Origin: Gammaproteobacteria bacterium
GTDB lineage: Bacteria; Pseudomonadota; Gammaproteobacteria; Ga0077536
Reading direction: 5' to 3'
Length of the DNA: 64,000 bases
Assembly: GCA_963662545.2 (NCBI GenBank)
Contig: CAXXLL010000003.1
Span: 2,752,001 to 2,816,000 of the forward strand
In this document: one piece after another, positions 22,293 to 33,948 of the stretch
Position numbering within the stretch: the first letter of the stretch is position 1
Layout of the letters: each line of letters opens with the position of its first letter
Program-made: the position numbers and the translations under genes
The notes under the pieces: model-generated
Database searches by the model: none
The model's input: only the letters and a program-made list of their open reading frames with translations
Told to the model about the DNA's origin: nothing

Positions 22293-22845
22293 TCGTGGGG
22301 TAGATTCTCAAAAAATCTTGGAAGTTCTTATAGGATTGAATAAACAAACAAACCAGGAAGCATTGACATCTTTTTAAATGCCAGACGTTCTGAGCTTTCG
22401 TGTAATTTTCTATGCTGAATTACACGAAATTTACCCTTGGTGAACGAAACCTTGTAGCACAAGATTGCGACAAGTCGGCGAACGATCCTGCTAGCCTACC
22501 GGCATCTGTCCGTGTCATAGAACCAGTTAGCCTTAGATGAAGCTCTCATGTGCGCCTGGGGGACCGACGACATCTGGGATAAGCATGACCAAAAGCTGTT
22601 GATGGCGATGGGCGAGAAAGAAGGACGCGAGGCTCGGAATGTACATCGTCAAAGTTTTTTCAGGGCAGAGTGCGCCTGGATCGAAGAGCGTATCCAGCTC
22701 ATCTGGTTTGCCAACCAAACTGCCCGTTGCTGGTAGCGTAGCCGACGACGCTGCTCCATCGCGCGCCGTTTGATTTTGTGATGCATGGACATAATTGTCT
22801 AGCCGCGCTCGCAGTACATGTCGCCGATAGCAGGTTATTAAGATC

Positions 22846-22887
22846 GTGCTCGTATACTTGACGCTATGGCGTCAAGTATACGAGCAC
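22846..22887. repeat. Perfect 19-bp inverted repeat with 4-nt loop
   Basis: GTGCTCGTATACTTGACGC-TATG-GCGTCAAGTATACGAGCAC. Confidence 0.9.
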
Positions 22888-22927
22888 CGAGCCGTCGTCG
22901 AGCTGTGATTTCTTCAAGGCCATATGA

Positions 22928-24133
22928 TTAGGACACCTTGTCGTCCAAGGTGTCTTCATAGCAAGATTCCAGTTTCCTCATCGCAAATGCAATATGTTCG
23001 CCATTCGCATGTGCGTAACGTTCCACCATAGCGAGTGTTCTGTGGCCACTAATTCGCTTTACCGTAGGAAGGTCGACACCGCTTTGCACCAAATGAGTGA
23101 TAGCGGTGTGGCGCAAAACGTGAGGCGTGACGATGTCGGGGTCAAGACCAGCAGCCCTCACGACACGTCGCATGCCTTTTCTAACAGTATTAGTGTGCCC
23201 TGTCTTTGCGCCTGAGGAAGGGAAAATCCAGATCGTGTCCTTGGGTAACGAATCGCAATACGGTTGGAGATAGCTCGCTAGTTTTGTGGTCATCGGCTGA
23301 TCTCGCTGCCCGGCTTTGGCTTTTGGGATATGTATGCGACGGCGCTCAAAATCGATGTCGGACTTCCTTATAGAGAGGATTTCGCTCAACCGCATGCCTG
23401 TTTCAAGACCTATTCTGATAAACGCATAGATTTGCGTGTTGGAATCCTCTTTCGCAGAGTCGAGAAGCGCCTTCGCTTGATTTGACGTCAAATACGTGAT
23501 GCGGCCACTGTCCTCCCGAAGTTTGCGGATGCGACAGGGTCGGCGATCAATCCAACCCCAATCGACGGCACTGTTCAGAAGGTGAGATAGCACGGCGAGT
23601 TCGCGATTTATCGTCGCCGCTTTAACAGTGGTTTCTTTGAGGCGCAAACGCTTGGCATCGGGCTTGCCATTGAGGGCCTTCTGAGATCTGCGCTTCTTCT
23701 TGTATCGCTCGACGTCGAAGTCGGTGATCTGCGACAGCGGCTTCGAGCCAAAGAAGGGGATGAGGTGAAGGGTTAAACGTTTCTCCTTGCGGTCAATTTC
23801 ATTTCCACCTGACTTCCGCAATTTCCAGATATACTCAGTTGCGGCCTCCCTGAACCCACGCAGAGTTTTTCGGCGTTTCGGCAAATTCAACCGGTCGTGC
23901 TTAGCATCAGTTCGAATCTGCGCGATGTAATCTTCTACCTGTTTTCGCGTTGTGCCATCGGATTCGTGGCCTACTACGCGATGGATGCGCTGTCCATCCA
24001 CCATGATGTTTATCGAGAACACACCGTCGCCATTGGACTTGCGCTCGAACGTAATGCCGTGTTCAGTGATGGACTGACGGGACGCTAACTTGCGCATTCG
24101 CGAACGCGTCAACTTGGAGAAAGATTTGGCCAT
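22928..24133 (-). CDS. Tyrosine recombinase/phage-type integrase
   Basis: TGMRLSE, KAK, HVLRHT, GHRTLAMVERYAH (R-K-H-R-H-Y). Confidence 0.93.
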   Translation of the reverse strand: MAKSFSKLTRSRMRKLASRQSITEHGITFERKSNGDGVFSINIMVDGQRIHRVVGHESDGTTRKQVEDYIAQIRTDAKHDRLNLPKRRKTLRGFREAATEYIWKLRKSGGNEIDRKEKRLTLHLIPFFGSKPLSQITDFDVERYKKKRRSQKALNGKPDAKRLRLKETTVKAATINRELAVLSHLLNSAVDWGWIDRRPCRIRKLREDSGRITYLTSNQAKALLDSAKEDSNTQIYAFIRIGLETGMRLSEILSIRKSDIDFERRRIHIPKAKAGQRDQPMTTKLASYLQPYCDSLPKDTIWIFPSSGAKTGHTNTVRKGMRRVVRAAGLDPDIVTPHVLRHTAITHLVQSGVDLPTVKRISGHRTLAMVERYAHANGEHIAFAMRKLESCYEDTLDDKVS

Positions 24134-24144
24134 GTTGGTTAGCT

Positions 24145-24812
24145 AGTGTGCATCCCTAAACGCGATGCGGTTGAAATAAAAAGGAAAATTTGTCGCTTAA
24201 GGGATCGAAACCTCCGGTGGGTCGTGATCTAATGGAACTTCAAACCTCTGATTTTCCACACAATCATCGACACCACAGGAGGGGGAATGCGTCAGAAACG
24301 CACGGCCCAAGCGAGTATATACGAGCTGTTTGCTGACCATGACCTGGGGCGAGAGCTGCAGGGCATGTCCGAGTGGCTCGATGCTCACCCCAAGGTCCTC
24401 ACGCCGGTCATGAACGATCTGTGTCGGCGGGGTTTGAAGCCCACCGGTCGACGCGGACTGTCGGCGGAGTCGGTGCTGCGCTGCGCGGTGCTCAAGCAGC
24501 ACCGGCAATTGAGTTACGAGGAGCTGGCCTTTCACCTGCAGGACTCGGCGAGCTTTCAGGCCTTCGCCCGGTTGCCGGGTAATGAACGTCCGAAGAAGTC
24601 TGCCTTACAGCGGGTGGTCTCGGCGATCCAGGTATCGACGTGGGAGTCTATTCATCGCGCCCTGCTGGCGACGGCGAAAGAGACGCGCATTGAGCCGGCA
24701 CAGCGTGTACGGATTGATAGCACGGTAACGGACAGTGCCATCCACGCGCCGAGCGACAGTCATCTGCTGTGGGATGGCGTGCGTGTTGTGGTTCGTCTGC
24801 TCGCACAGGCGC
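24145..24812 (+). mobile_element. ISNCY/IS5-like IS copy 2 (partial)
   Basis: Identical to the 5' part of copy 1 (11901 onward). Confidence 0.85.
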
Positions 24813-24862
24813 GCACGCGCCGGAGTTGTGCTTCGTGAGTTTTTCGTATGCGCGTGGTTCAA

Positions 24863-25129
24863 CGCAAATTCAACCGGTCGTGCTTAGCATCAGTTCGAAT
24901 CTGCGCGATGTAATCTTCTACCTGTTTTCGCGTTGTGCCATCGGATTCGTGGCCTACTACGCGATGGATTTCGCGCTGTCCATCCACCATGATGTTTATC
25001 GAGAACACACCGTCGCCATTGGACTTGCGCTCGAACGTAATGCCGTGTTCAGTGATGGACTGACGGGACGCTAACTTGCGCATTCGCGAACGCGTCAACT
25101 TGGAGAAAGATTTGGCCATGTTGGTTAGC
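24863..25129 (-). repeat. Duplicated 5' fragment of the integrase gene
   Basis: Near-identical to ~23882-24143; encodes MAKSFSKLTRSRM.. Confidence 0.85.
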
Positions 25130-25148
25130 ATCGATTACGTGGCCAATT

Positions 25149-25951
25149 GTGTGCATCCCTAAACGCGATGCGGTTGAAATAAAAAGGAAAATTTGTCGCT
25201 TAAGGGATCGAAACCTCCGGTGGGTCGTGATCTAATGGAACTTCAAACCTCTGATTTTCCACACAATCATCGACACCACAGGAGGGGGAATGCGTCAGAA
25301 ACGCACGGCCCAAGCGAGTATATACGAGCTGTTTGCTGACCATGACCTGGGGCGAGAGCTGCAGGGCATGTCCGAGTGGCTCGATGCTCACCCCAAGGTC
25401 CTCACGCCGGTCATGAACGATCTGTGTCGGCGGGGTTTGAAGCCCACCGGTCGACGCGGACTGTCGGCGGAGTCGGTGCTGCGCTGCGCGGTGCTCAAGC
25501 AGCACCGGCAATTGAGTTACGAGGAGCTGGCCTTTCACCTGCAGGACTCGGCGAGCTTTCAGGCCTTCGCCCGGTTGCCGGGTAATGAACGTCCGAAGAA
25601 GTCTGCCTTACAGCGGGTGGTCTCGGCGATCCAGGTATCGACGTGGGAGTCTATTCATCGCGCCCTGCTGGCGACGGCGAAAGAGACGCGCATTGAGCCG
25701 GCACAGCGTGTACGGATTGATAGCACGGTAACGGACAGTGCCATCCACGCGCCGAGCGACAGTCATCTGCTGTGGGATGGCGTGCGTGTTGTGGTTCGTC
25801 TGCTCGCACAGGCGCGCGAGTTGCCTGGCGCGCCGGAGTTGTGCTTCGTGAACCACACTCGATTGGCGAAGAAGCGTGCGCGGGCGCTGTGGTATGCGCG
25901 TGGTGCGAAGCAACGCCAACGTCTGTATCGCGATTTGATTGGGGCGACGCG
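25149..25951 (+). mobile_element. ISNCY/IS5-like IS copy 3, truncated by IS6
   Basis: Identical to copy 1 up to ..DLIGATR, then IS6 IR. Confidence 0.85.
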
Positions 25952-26749
25952 GGTTCTGTCAGGTTGGCGCCGGATCGCGGACAATTAACGCATGACAGAA
26001 GCTCCTAATTATCGCGGATATCGATTTCCGCCTGAAATCATCGCGCGGTCGGTGTGGTTGTACCCTCGTTTTACGCTCAGCTTTCGCGATATCGAAGACC
26101 TTTTAGCCGAGCGCGGCGTGACGGTTTCGTATGAAACTATCCGCCAGTGGTGTCTGACGTTTGGACCCGATTACGCTCGCCGAATTAGGAAACATCAGGG
26201 GCCTTGCGGCGACTGTTGGTTTCTCGATGAGGTCGTCGTCTCAATTCAAGGAAAGCGTCGTTACCTTTGGCGAGCCGTGGACCAAGACGGCGATCTGATG
26301 GAGATCCTCGTACAAAAACGCAAGGATACTAAAGCCGCTAAGCGCTTCTTTCGAAAGGCGCTACGCTCACAAACAGCCGTTCCTATCGAGATAACAACCG
26401 ATAAGCTCCGTAGTTACGCCTCAGCCAAACGCGAGGTAATGCCGTCCGTGCCACACTGCCAAGATCACTATGCGAATAACCGCGCGGAAGTTTCACACGA
26501 GCCGACGCGGGAACAAGAAAGGCAGATGCGCGGGTTTCGATCGGACGGACACGCGCAGCGCTTTCTAAGCGTCCACGGTCAAGTCAACAATCTGTTTCGC
26601 CTCGGTCGTCATCTCCTCAGAGCGAAGAACTATCGTGAACTACGCTCCAAGGCATTTCTCACTTGGTCGGAGGTGACATGCGCCTGCTGATTGACGATGA
26701 TTCTACTTGCTCGAAAGATCGGGCCTGCGCGCAACAACCTGACAAAACC
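25952..26749 (+). mobile_element. IS6-family element; transposase 25992-26690
   Basis: YRFPPEII, WFLDEV, LWRAVDQDG, TDKLRSY, NNRAEVSH; IRs GGTTCTGTCAGGTTG / GGTTTTGTCAGGTTG. Confidence 0.92.
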
Positions 26750-26792
26750 GCTACCACCACAAGGACGACCAACCGGACAGCCGTCACATTAC

Positions 26793-26885
26793 AAAAAATA
26801 AAAAGGGCCCGACGATGTCGGACCCTTTGGGTACAGCATTTTGCTTTATTGTAACAACGGCTCTCACCCCGGATTGCTGCAATAG
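26793..26885 (-). ncRNA. tracrRNA (type II-C)
   Basis: Anti-repeat: 22/23 match CTCTCACCCCGGATTGCTGCAAT to the repeat, then a bulge and further pairing (26848-26883); followed on minus by hairpin AAAGGGTCCGAC..GTCGGGCCCTTT and a U tract. Confidence 0.9.
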
Positions 26886-26908
26886 CGCTTAGTATTATCG
26901 GAGGTTTC

Positions 26909-29900
26909 GTGATGACGCGCAACAATCTCTCCCTAGGCCTCGACATAGGAATCGCATCAGTTGGTTGGGCTGTCCTGGATTCGGATCACATCATCGCTCT
27001 CGGCGTTCGAGCATTCAATAAGGCCGAAGTCGCTCAAACAGGGGAGTCACTCAATCTTCAACGACGTAGCGCACGACTTGCGAGGCGTACATTAAGACAC
27101 CGACGTCAAAGGCTCGCAAAGCTCGCGAAACTACTAGAAGCCTCGGGCGTTATCACAAAAGAGCGGCTTTACGCCACACCGACGCGAGAAAGTTATCCAT
27201 CGCCTTGGGCTCTTCGAGTCAAAGGTTTAGATGAATGTCTTGCGGGCGAGGAATGGGGCCGCGTTATCTATCACATTTGTAAGCACCGTGGTTTTCATTG
27301 GGTTAGCCGTGTGGAGGAAAAAAAGTCTGGCGAGAATGCGAAACAAGAAGGCGGAAAAGTGAAGCAGGCCCTCAAATCGACGAGAGGTCTATTTGCTTCT
27401 AAGAAATATCGCTCAGCTGCCGAGATGATTATCTCTGAATTTCCCGATGCCTATCGGAACAAGCATGGTGATTATGGAAAAGCGCTGTCTAGAACACTGT
27501 TAAGCGAGGAACTCGAACTCCTTTTCCAACGGCAAAGTTGCCTTAAGAATCCACATGCAACCGATTTTCTAAAAAATGCAGTGTTGGGTAAGGGGGACAA
27601 GAAGACAGGCCTTCTCTGGGAACAACACCCTGCACTGTCTGGGGATGCGCTGCTTGCCATGCTCGGGAAATGCACGTTTGAGCGTCAAGAGTACCGGGCA
27701 CCGCGAAAGAGCTTCACTGCCGAACGTCATGTTTTATTGACGCGGCTCAACAATCTTCGAATAACCATTGACGGTGCAAGAAGGCCACTGACCGACAATG
27801 AGCGCCGATGTGCTCTATCACTTTCTTATGAACGGGCGGCTGATATTAAGTATTCAAAACTTCGGTCAGCCTTAGAAAAGACTTGCGGAACACCTTCTGA
27901 GTTTGCATTCGTGGGGCTTGCCTATCCGAGTGAGTTTCAAAAACAAGAGGAGAAAGCAAAGAATCCCGAGGAGGCAGCCGTTTTTAAATTGCCGGGCTGG
28001 CACGAACTGAGAACTACGCTTAAAAAAGCCGGTCTCGAAGACGAATGGAAACAGCTTACGTGCCTCGCATTAAAAGGTGACCCCACATTATTGGACCAAG
28101 TGGCTTGGGTTTTAAGTGTCTACAAAGAAGACGAAGAAGTGGTGGCGGCTTTGGACGATTTACCCCTGCCAAATAAAGAGGCGGTAATAGATGCGCTCCT
28201 TAGCGTGCAGTTCTCGGAGTTTCATGCATTATCGTTGAAGGCGCTTCGAAATATCGTGCCAAAAATGGAGTTAGGGCTCCGATATGATGAGGCTTGTACA
28301 CAAAGTGGTTATGACCATAGTCAACCGTTCGATCCAGAACGACAGAAAAGCCAATCACTACCGCCGTTCTACTTAGGCCATGACCATTTATCGCGAATGC
28401 GTTTAAACGAAGACGTAGGCGATTTACCCCGAAACCCAGTTGTCATGCGCGCCCTCAATCAGGCTAGGAAAGTCGTTAATGCACTAGTGGGAAAACATGG
28501 AGCTCCCCACTCTGTACATATAGAAATGGCCCGCGACCTTTCACGTCCGCTAACCGAGCGTAGAAAGATTCAAAAAGAGCAAGATGACTACCGGGATAAA
28601 AATGACAAAAACCGCAGCTTCTTTATAGAGCAGTTTAACCGCGAACCCCGAGGGCAAGAGTTCCAGAAACTTCAACTTTATCGGGAACAATCCGGTAAAT
28701 GTCTTTACTCCCTTGCTCCACTCGATCTGTCAAGATTGTTAGAGATGGGTTACGTAGAAATCGATCATGTTTTGCCGTACTCAAGAAGCTATGACGATAG
28801 TAAAAATAACAAGGCCTTAGTTCTCACAAAGCAAAATAGAGACAAAAGCGATTTAACTCCGTACGAGTATCTTCAGGGCGCTCAAGATACTGAAGCGTGG
28901 ATAAAGTTCTCGGCCTTCGTCAAGTCCAACAAAAACTACCGCGCCGCGAAACGAAACCGTCTTCTAACGAAAGACTTCGACGAAGAGAATGCTAAAGACT
29001 TCCAGGAACGAAATCTAAATGACACGCGGTATATCTGCCGATATTTCAAGAGTTACTTAGAGGAATATTTAGAACTCTCCGACGAGAGCGAACACCGACG
29101 TTGCGTGGTGGTCAATGGCCGACTAACCGCATTTCTGCGTGCTCGCTGGGGGCTCCATAAAGAACGCTCTGAGAGTGACAGACATCATGCATTGGATGCC
29201 GCGGTCGTAGCGGCGTGCACTCGCGGCATGGTCAAACGCTTGGCCGATTACGCTAAGGGCCGAGAGCTACGTTATGTTCAGGCAGATTCCATTGACCGGG
29301 AAACCGGAGAGATTATTGATTTCGACAGGTATAAAAAACTAGAGAACGAATTTCCACAACCCTGGCAAGGCTTTCGGGGAGAGCTACTCGCGCGGTTAAA
29401 CACAGACGATGTGTCCACCCTGAGAGCATCATTGTCGAAACTCGGAACTTACAGTCGTGAGGAAATCGAAGCGGTAAAACCACTCTTCGTCTCACGGGCA
29501 CCCCAACGCCGGAACTCCGGCGCAGCGCATATGGACACAATTTATCAGCAAACAACAAGGCTTAAAGATGAGCGAAAAATCAGCCAAAAAATCAAGCTCG
29601 CCGGTCTGTCTTTTCGGCAAACCAAGAAAACGCCGAAACCCATAACCGAGCAAATAGAACAATTCGTGAAAAAATTGGCTGACCCACATAGAAACCAGAA
29701 ACTCTACGACGCTGTTTGTGATCGGTTGAAGGCATTCGCGGGCGACGGGAAAAAAGCGTTCAGTGCCGAGAACCCTCTCTACAAACCGGACAAGAACGGA
29801 AACCCGACAGGACCCATTGTCCGAACAGTGACAATGAGCGAGCGAATGTCCGGGATTCCAGTTCGGGGTGGATTGGCAAAGAACGAAACCATGCTTCGCG

Positions 29901-30295
29901 TGGACACATTTTCAAAAGGAGGCAAGCACTATCTTGTCCCGGTCTATGTACACCACAAGGTAACTGGTCTACCCAATCACGCTATCGTTAGCGGGAAGGA
30001 TGAGGCCGACTGGAGAGAGGTGGACGAGACATTTGAGTTTGAATTTTCCTTATATCCGAATGACTTGTTGCAAATTTGCCTCAAAAAACAGACGCACCTT
30101 GGGTATTTTGCTGGCTGTAATCGATCCAATGGGGCCATACATTTGTGGGCCCATGATCGATCGTCCAAAGTGGGCAAAAACGGCCTAATAAGCAGTATCG
30201 GTATTCAAAGGGCAAAGCACCTTAAAAAGTTTGAAGTTGATGTGCTCGGAAACCGTTTTCTCGCGAAAGCCGGTAAGCGAGATGGGCTGGCGTAG
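26909..30295 (+). CDS. cas9: Type II-C CRISPR effector Cas9, 1128 aa
   Basis: RuvC-I LGLDIGIASVG, Arg-rich bridge helix, RuvC-II HIEMAR, HNH EIDHVLPYSRSYDDSKNNK, RuvC-III RHHALDA; RBS GGAGG. Confidence 0.97.
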   Translation: MMTRNNLSLGLDIGIASVGWAVLDSDHIIALGVRAFNKAEVAQTGESLNLQRRSARLARRTLRHRRQRLAKLAKLLEASGVITKERLYATPTRESYPSPWALRVKGLDECLAGEEWGRVIYHICKHRGFHWVSRVEEKKSGENAKQEGGKVKQALKSTRGLFASKKYRSAAEMIISEFPDAYRNKHGDYGKALSRTLLSEELELLFQRQSCLKNPHATDFLKNAVLGKGDKKTGLLWEQHPALSGDALLAMLGKCTFERQEYRAPRKSFTAERHVLLTRLNNLRITIDGARRPLTDNERRCALSLSYERAADIKYSKLRSALEKTCGTPSEFAFVGLAYPSEFQKQEEKAKNPEEAAVFKLPGWHELRTTLKKAGLEDEWKQLTCLALKGDPTLLDQVAWVLSVYKEDEEVVAALDDLPLPNKEAVIDALLSVQFSEFHALSLKALRNIVPKMELGLRYDEACTQSGYDHSQPFDPERQKSQSLPPFYLGHDHLSRMRLNEDVGDLPRNPVVMRALNQARKVVNALVGKHGAPHSVHIEMARDLSRPLTERRKIQKEQDDYRDKNDKNRSFFIEQFNREPRGQEFQKLQLYREQSGKCLYSLAPLDLSRLLEMGYVEIDHVLPYSRSYDDSKNNKALVLTKQNRDKSDLTPYEYLQGAQDTEAWIKFSAFVKSNKNYRAAKRNRLLTKDFDEENAKDFQERNLNDTRYICRYFKSYLEEYLELSDESEHRRCVVVNGRLTAFLRARWGLHKERSESDRHHALDAAVVAACTRGMVKRLADYAKGRELRYVQADSIDRETGEIIDFDRYKKLENEFPQPWQGFRGELLARLNTDDVSTLRASLSKLGTYSREEIEAVKPLFVSRAPQRRNSGAAHMDTIYQQTTRLKDERKISQKIKLAGLSFRQTKKTPKPITEQIEQFVKKLADPHRNQKLYDAVCDRLKAFAGDGKKAFSAENPLYKPDKNGNPTGPIVRTVTMSERMSGIPVRGGLAKNETMLRVDTFSKGGKHYLVPVYVHHKVTGLPNHAIVSGKDEADWREVDETFEFEFSLYPNDLLQICLKKQTHLGYFAGCNRSNGAIHLWAHDRSSKVGKNGLISSIGIQRAKHLKKFEVDVLGNRFLAKAGKRDGLA

Positions 30296-31190
30296 CGTTG
30301 TCATTTCGTCCCCAGCAGTGCTTAAACGACGGCACAATTCTCTCGCGATTATTCAAGGCAACACGGCGCTCATACCGTTTGAAGATATCGCGGTTATCAT
30401 TTTAAACCACCGAGAAATTACGTTAACGCACCCGGTCTTAAGTTTCTGCTCTCAGCACGGAATAGCGCTCTTCGCAACAGGAGATGACCATCAGCCGTGC
30501 GGTGTTTTCGTTCCGTTCCTTACGCATACCAGGACTACCAAGTTACTACGACAACAGCTGTCAGCCCCGAAACCGTTAACTAAGCGGACTTGGGCTGCAA
30601 TCGTTCAATCGAAGATCCACAATCAATCCACTTGCCTGCGACTATCGGGTAAGCGGGGTGCGTCTCAATTGGAGTCCTATAGGCGCCGCGTCAGATCTGG
30701 TGACAGCACCAACATGGAAGGCCAAGCCGCCTGGGCATATTTCACCCAACTGTTCGGCGATAAGTTCCGACGGGGCGCAGACGATTGGAGAAACTCCGCT
30801 CTTAACTATGGATACGCTGTACTTAGGGGGGCGATCGCCCGCTCTTTGGTGGGGCATGGTTTTCATCCGAGTGTTGGCTTGTTTCATTCGAGCGAACGAA
30901 ATGCATTCAACTTAGCTGACGACATCATTGAGCCTTTCAGGCCTGTCGTAGACCTATCGGTCGTAAAACGCTATGGCAACAGTGACAAGATAGCGCTTAC
31001 AACCGAAGACAAGGCTTATTTAATATCGTTGCTCAACGTCGATGTCAGCTTGTCTAACGACAAAACATCCGTGCTGTCCGCAATCGATGATGTTGTCACC
31101 AGCATCATGCGAGTTTTTGAACAGCAAGACGAAGCTCTGCTCGTTCTTCCCATTTTGCTGGGGATGAATCAACACGTCGATAATGATTGA
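30282..31190 (+). CDS. cas1: Type II Cas1
   Basis: MGWRSVVI, IPFEDI, NMEGQAA, NSALNYGYAVLRG, NAFNLADDIIEPFRP. Confidence 0.95.
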   Translation: MGWRSVVISSPAVLKRRHNSLAIIQGNTALIPFEDIAVIILNHREITLTHPVLSFCSQHGIALFATGDDHQPCGVFVPFLTHTRTTKLLRQQLSAPKPLTKRTWAAIVQSKIHNQSTCLRLSGKRGASQLESYRRRVRSGDSTNMEGQAAWAYFTQLFGDKFRRGADDWRNSALNYGYAVLRGAIARSLVGHGFHPSVGLFHSSERNAFNLADDIIEPFRPVVDLSVVKRYGNSDKIALTTEDKAYLISLLNVDVSLSNDKTSVLSAIDDVVTSIMRVFEQQDEALLVLPILLGMNQHVDND

Positions 31191-31216
31191 CGGTGGGAAC
31201 GGAGACCCGCCGACAT

Positions 31217-33888
31217 ATGAGAATGCTGGTGTTATTTGATCTCCCGATGGTCACGAAGGAGCAAAAACGTACATATAGTCGATTCCGTCGATATCTCCTC
31301 TCAGACGTAACCGGTCAAACGGCGGCGTCTGGTAATTGATCTCGTGTTGCGGTAACGACGGCCAAGTTAGAACGCAGCGGTTGGGTAGCGAACAATGTCT
31401 TCCACACCCGAGGCGTGAGTTGTTCCACTGCGCTATCCGGATGGATCGCGATCCTCTGGAGTACATCAACCAGGTAGGTGTACGGATTAATGCCGTGTAT
31501 TCGGCAAGTACAGATCAAACTTTGTATGATCCCAACGTGTTCAGCGCCCACCTCAGTCCAACAGAACATCCAATTCTTTCGGCCCATCGGAATGGGTCTC
31601 AGAGCGCGCTCTAAATGATTCGTGTCGATCGCGACGCTCGCATCCGATAAGTAAACACGTAACGCGCCCTCACGCTCGGCTGCATAGGCCAGCGCCTTCG
31701 TAAACGGCTGACTCGGTAATAAACCCATGCACTGGCGTTGCTCGTCAAGCCAGGCAAAAAATGCATCAACCGCAGGCAAGGCGTACCGGCTGCGGTAGGT
31801 CTGGGTCGCCGCTTCATCCATTGCCTGGTCACGGATGGTGGCCTCAACGGCATACAGTGCCGCGATCAAATCAAGTGCCTGCGCCGCACTTTGTGGCCTA
31901 TCGGATAATGCCCTTTCGAACTGACGACGCGTGTGCGCCCAGCATTGCGCATGCACGACTTCATCGCCGCGATCGGCGGCAAAACGCGCATAAGCCGCGG
32001 CGCCATCGGTTAGTAAGGTGCCTTTAAAGTCCACCAACGTTTTGTCGATGTGCGACCGCGCCTTGGTTCGCGCAAACGTGAACGCAATCTCATCCGCTTC
32101 GCCATAAATTGGCCAATACCACGCCGCGTTCATCTTGCCCTTGCCCGAGCGACCCGCCTTAATCGGCGTTTCATCCATCGCCAGCGTCTTCGATAACAAG
32201 ATATGCCGCAACTGCGCCAGATAAATCGGCTTCAACAGGTCACTTGCCTTCTGCACCCAGTGCGTCAGACTCGACCGCGCCACGGTAATGCCGTTCAGCC
32301 CCATTCGTTGATGTTGACGGTACAGCGGCAGGTGATAAGCGAACTTATCAACCAGCATCCCCGCAACCACACTCACATCCGCCAATGAGCCGGACCACAG
32401 ACCATCGGGCGCCGGGATCGTGAAGATCTGACCGTCGCTTTTGCGCTTCACTACCGGTTGGATGTACTTCAAGACCACATAGGCCGCCGGCCGTTGCGCT
32501 AAACGATAGGTGATCTTTTCACTGCTCGCTTCAAACGCATCCGCGACATCTTCAGGTACCGACAATTGGATGCATTCAATCGGCACCGAGTCATCGAAAC
32601 GTAACCCTTGATCAGTCACACAATCATCGCCACGGCGCTTTCCTTTGCGCCGCTGATAAGTGATCGTTTCTTTCTCAACCGCCGCCGTCGATGACGACTC
32701 ATCCTCGAAGCCATTGAGTAACCGTTGATCGGGATTGGGATCAATCAGCCGCCGTTCAGACTTGCGACCGAACAGTTGGCGTTTGAACCAGTCGAGTTGT
32801 TGGGTGAGTGTGGCGACCTGCGTTTTGAGGGCTGTGTTTTCCGCTTGTAACACCGCCGCATCAAGTGATATTTCCGGCGTTGCATAACCCCCATTCATGG
32901 GTACGTATTGTACCGTTTACACTGCTGACCGTCGATCGTTTTCCGGTAATCGAAACCGTTTTAATCGACGCACTGAGCGTAGATCGATCCCTTCAATAAT
33001 GCACTGCCATTCGCTGCGTTGCAGCCGCTGTTTGACCTCGCTATTCCACCGAACCTGGAACTGACCGCGTTCGAGTTTCTTACTCCACAGACAATATCCG
33101 TCCGACTCAAAGTACAGCGCTTTTAATAACGTACGCCGGCGATTGACGAAAACGTACAGTGCCCCATCGAGGGGCTCCTCGTGTAACGCCTGCCGCACCA
33201 ACGCCGATAAACCATGGAACGATTGACGCATATCAGTCGGTGCCCGACATAACCATATACGCAAACCCGATGGGGGCGACCACATCAGTGCCGTGACACA
33301 CGTAGCACGATGTCATCACCGAGCGCTAACTCGATATCCCATTGTGCATTGGTTAATGGTTGTAACGGGGCCAACTCGACGAAACGTGTTTCCGCCTTCC
33401 CTATCTGAGCGTCCCTCGCTGACCTCGACTTCCTTTTACTGAACGTCGAATATCCAATTCCTCGCTCAGCACAGAATGCGCGGATCGATGAACCGCTTTG
33501 TGCCTGCTCCGCTAATAGGCCACGCCACTCATCCGCACTACGTCGTTTGTTCCGAGGTTTTCCGTGATCATTCATTTACCAAGCTCCCGATTGACTGGGA
33601 AACCTGGCAAACTAAACCATCTGCCCGAGACCGTGAATAACGGCCTGGATTGACCGGTTACTCTCAGACGGCTACGACATGATTCAGTATTCCGTTTATG
33701 GGCGCCTTTTGAACGGTAAAGACGCGCAAGCCAAACATTTTAAACGCTTGATAAATCACTTACCGCCCGAGGGATCGATTCGATGTCTTACGATAACCGA
33801 GAAGCAATTTGCGAGCATGAAGCTGCTTGTGGGTATGCCGCTTTTTCAGGAAAAAGCCGTCACATCCGAGCAAATGCTGCTTTTTTAG
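31217..33888 (+). pseudogene. cas2: Cas2 interrupted by IS66 (31217-31306 + 33670-33888)
   Basis: MRMLVLFDLPMVTKEQKRTYSRFRRYLLSD joins in frame with [25 protein letters not shown] after removing the IS and one TSD copy. Confidence 0.95.
31307..33661 (-). mobile_element. IS66 element 1 (tnpA 33285-33575, tnpB 32917-33285, tnpC 31315-32898)
   Basis: GTAACCGGTCAA..TTGACCGGTTAC IRs; 8-bp TSD TCTCAGAC; TnpC MDETP, CWAHTRR, DTNHLERALR. Confidence 0.95.
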
Positions 33889-33904
33889 TGGTTTTAAAGA
33901 AATC

Positions 33905-33935
33905 GCAACCCCGCCGGCCTATGCCTAGCGGGGCT
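33905..33935 (-). terminator. Hairpin between cas2 and the array (probable array terminator)
   Basis: CCCCGC..GCGGGG stem followed on minus by a T-rich tract. Confidence 0.45.
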
Positions 33936-33948
33936 TCTCGGCAAGTCT

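Noticed and set aside
32917-33285. IS66 TnpB as an RNA-guided TnpB nuclease
   Set aside because: 122-aa IS66 accessory protein, unrelated to IS200/605 TnpB
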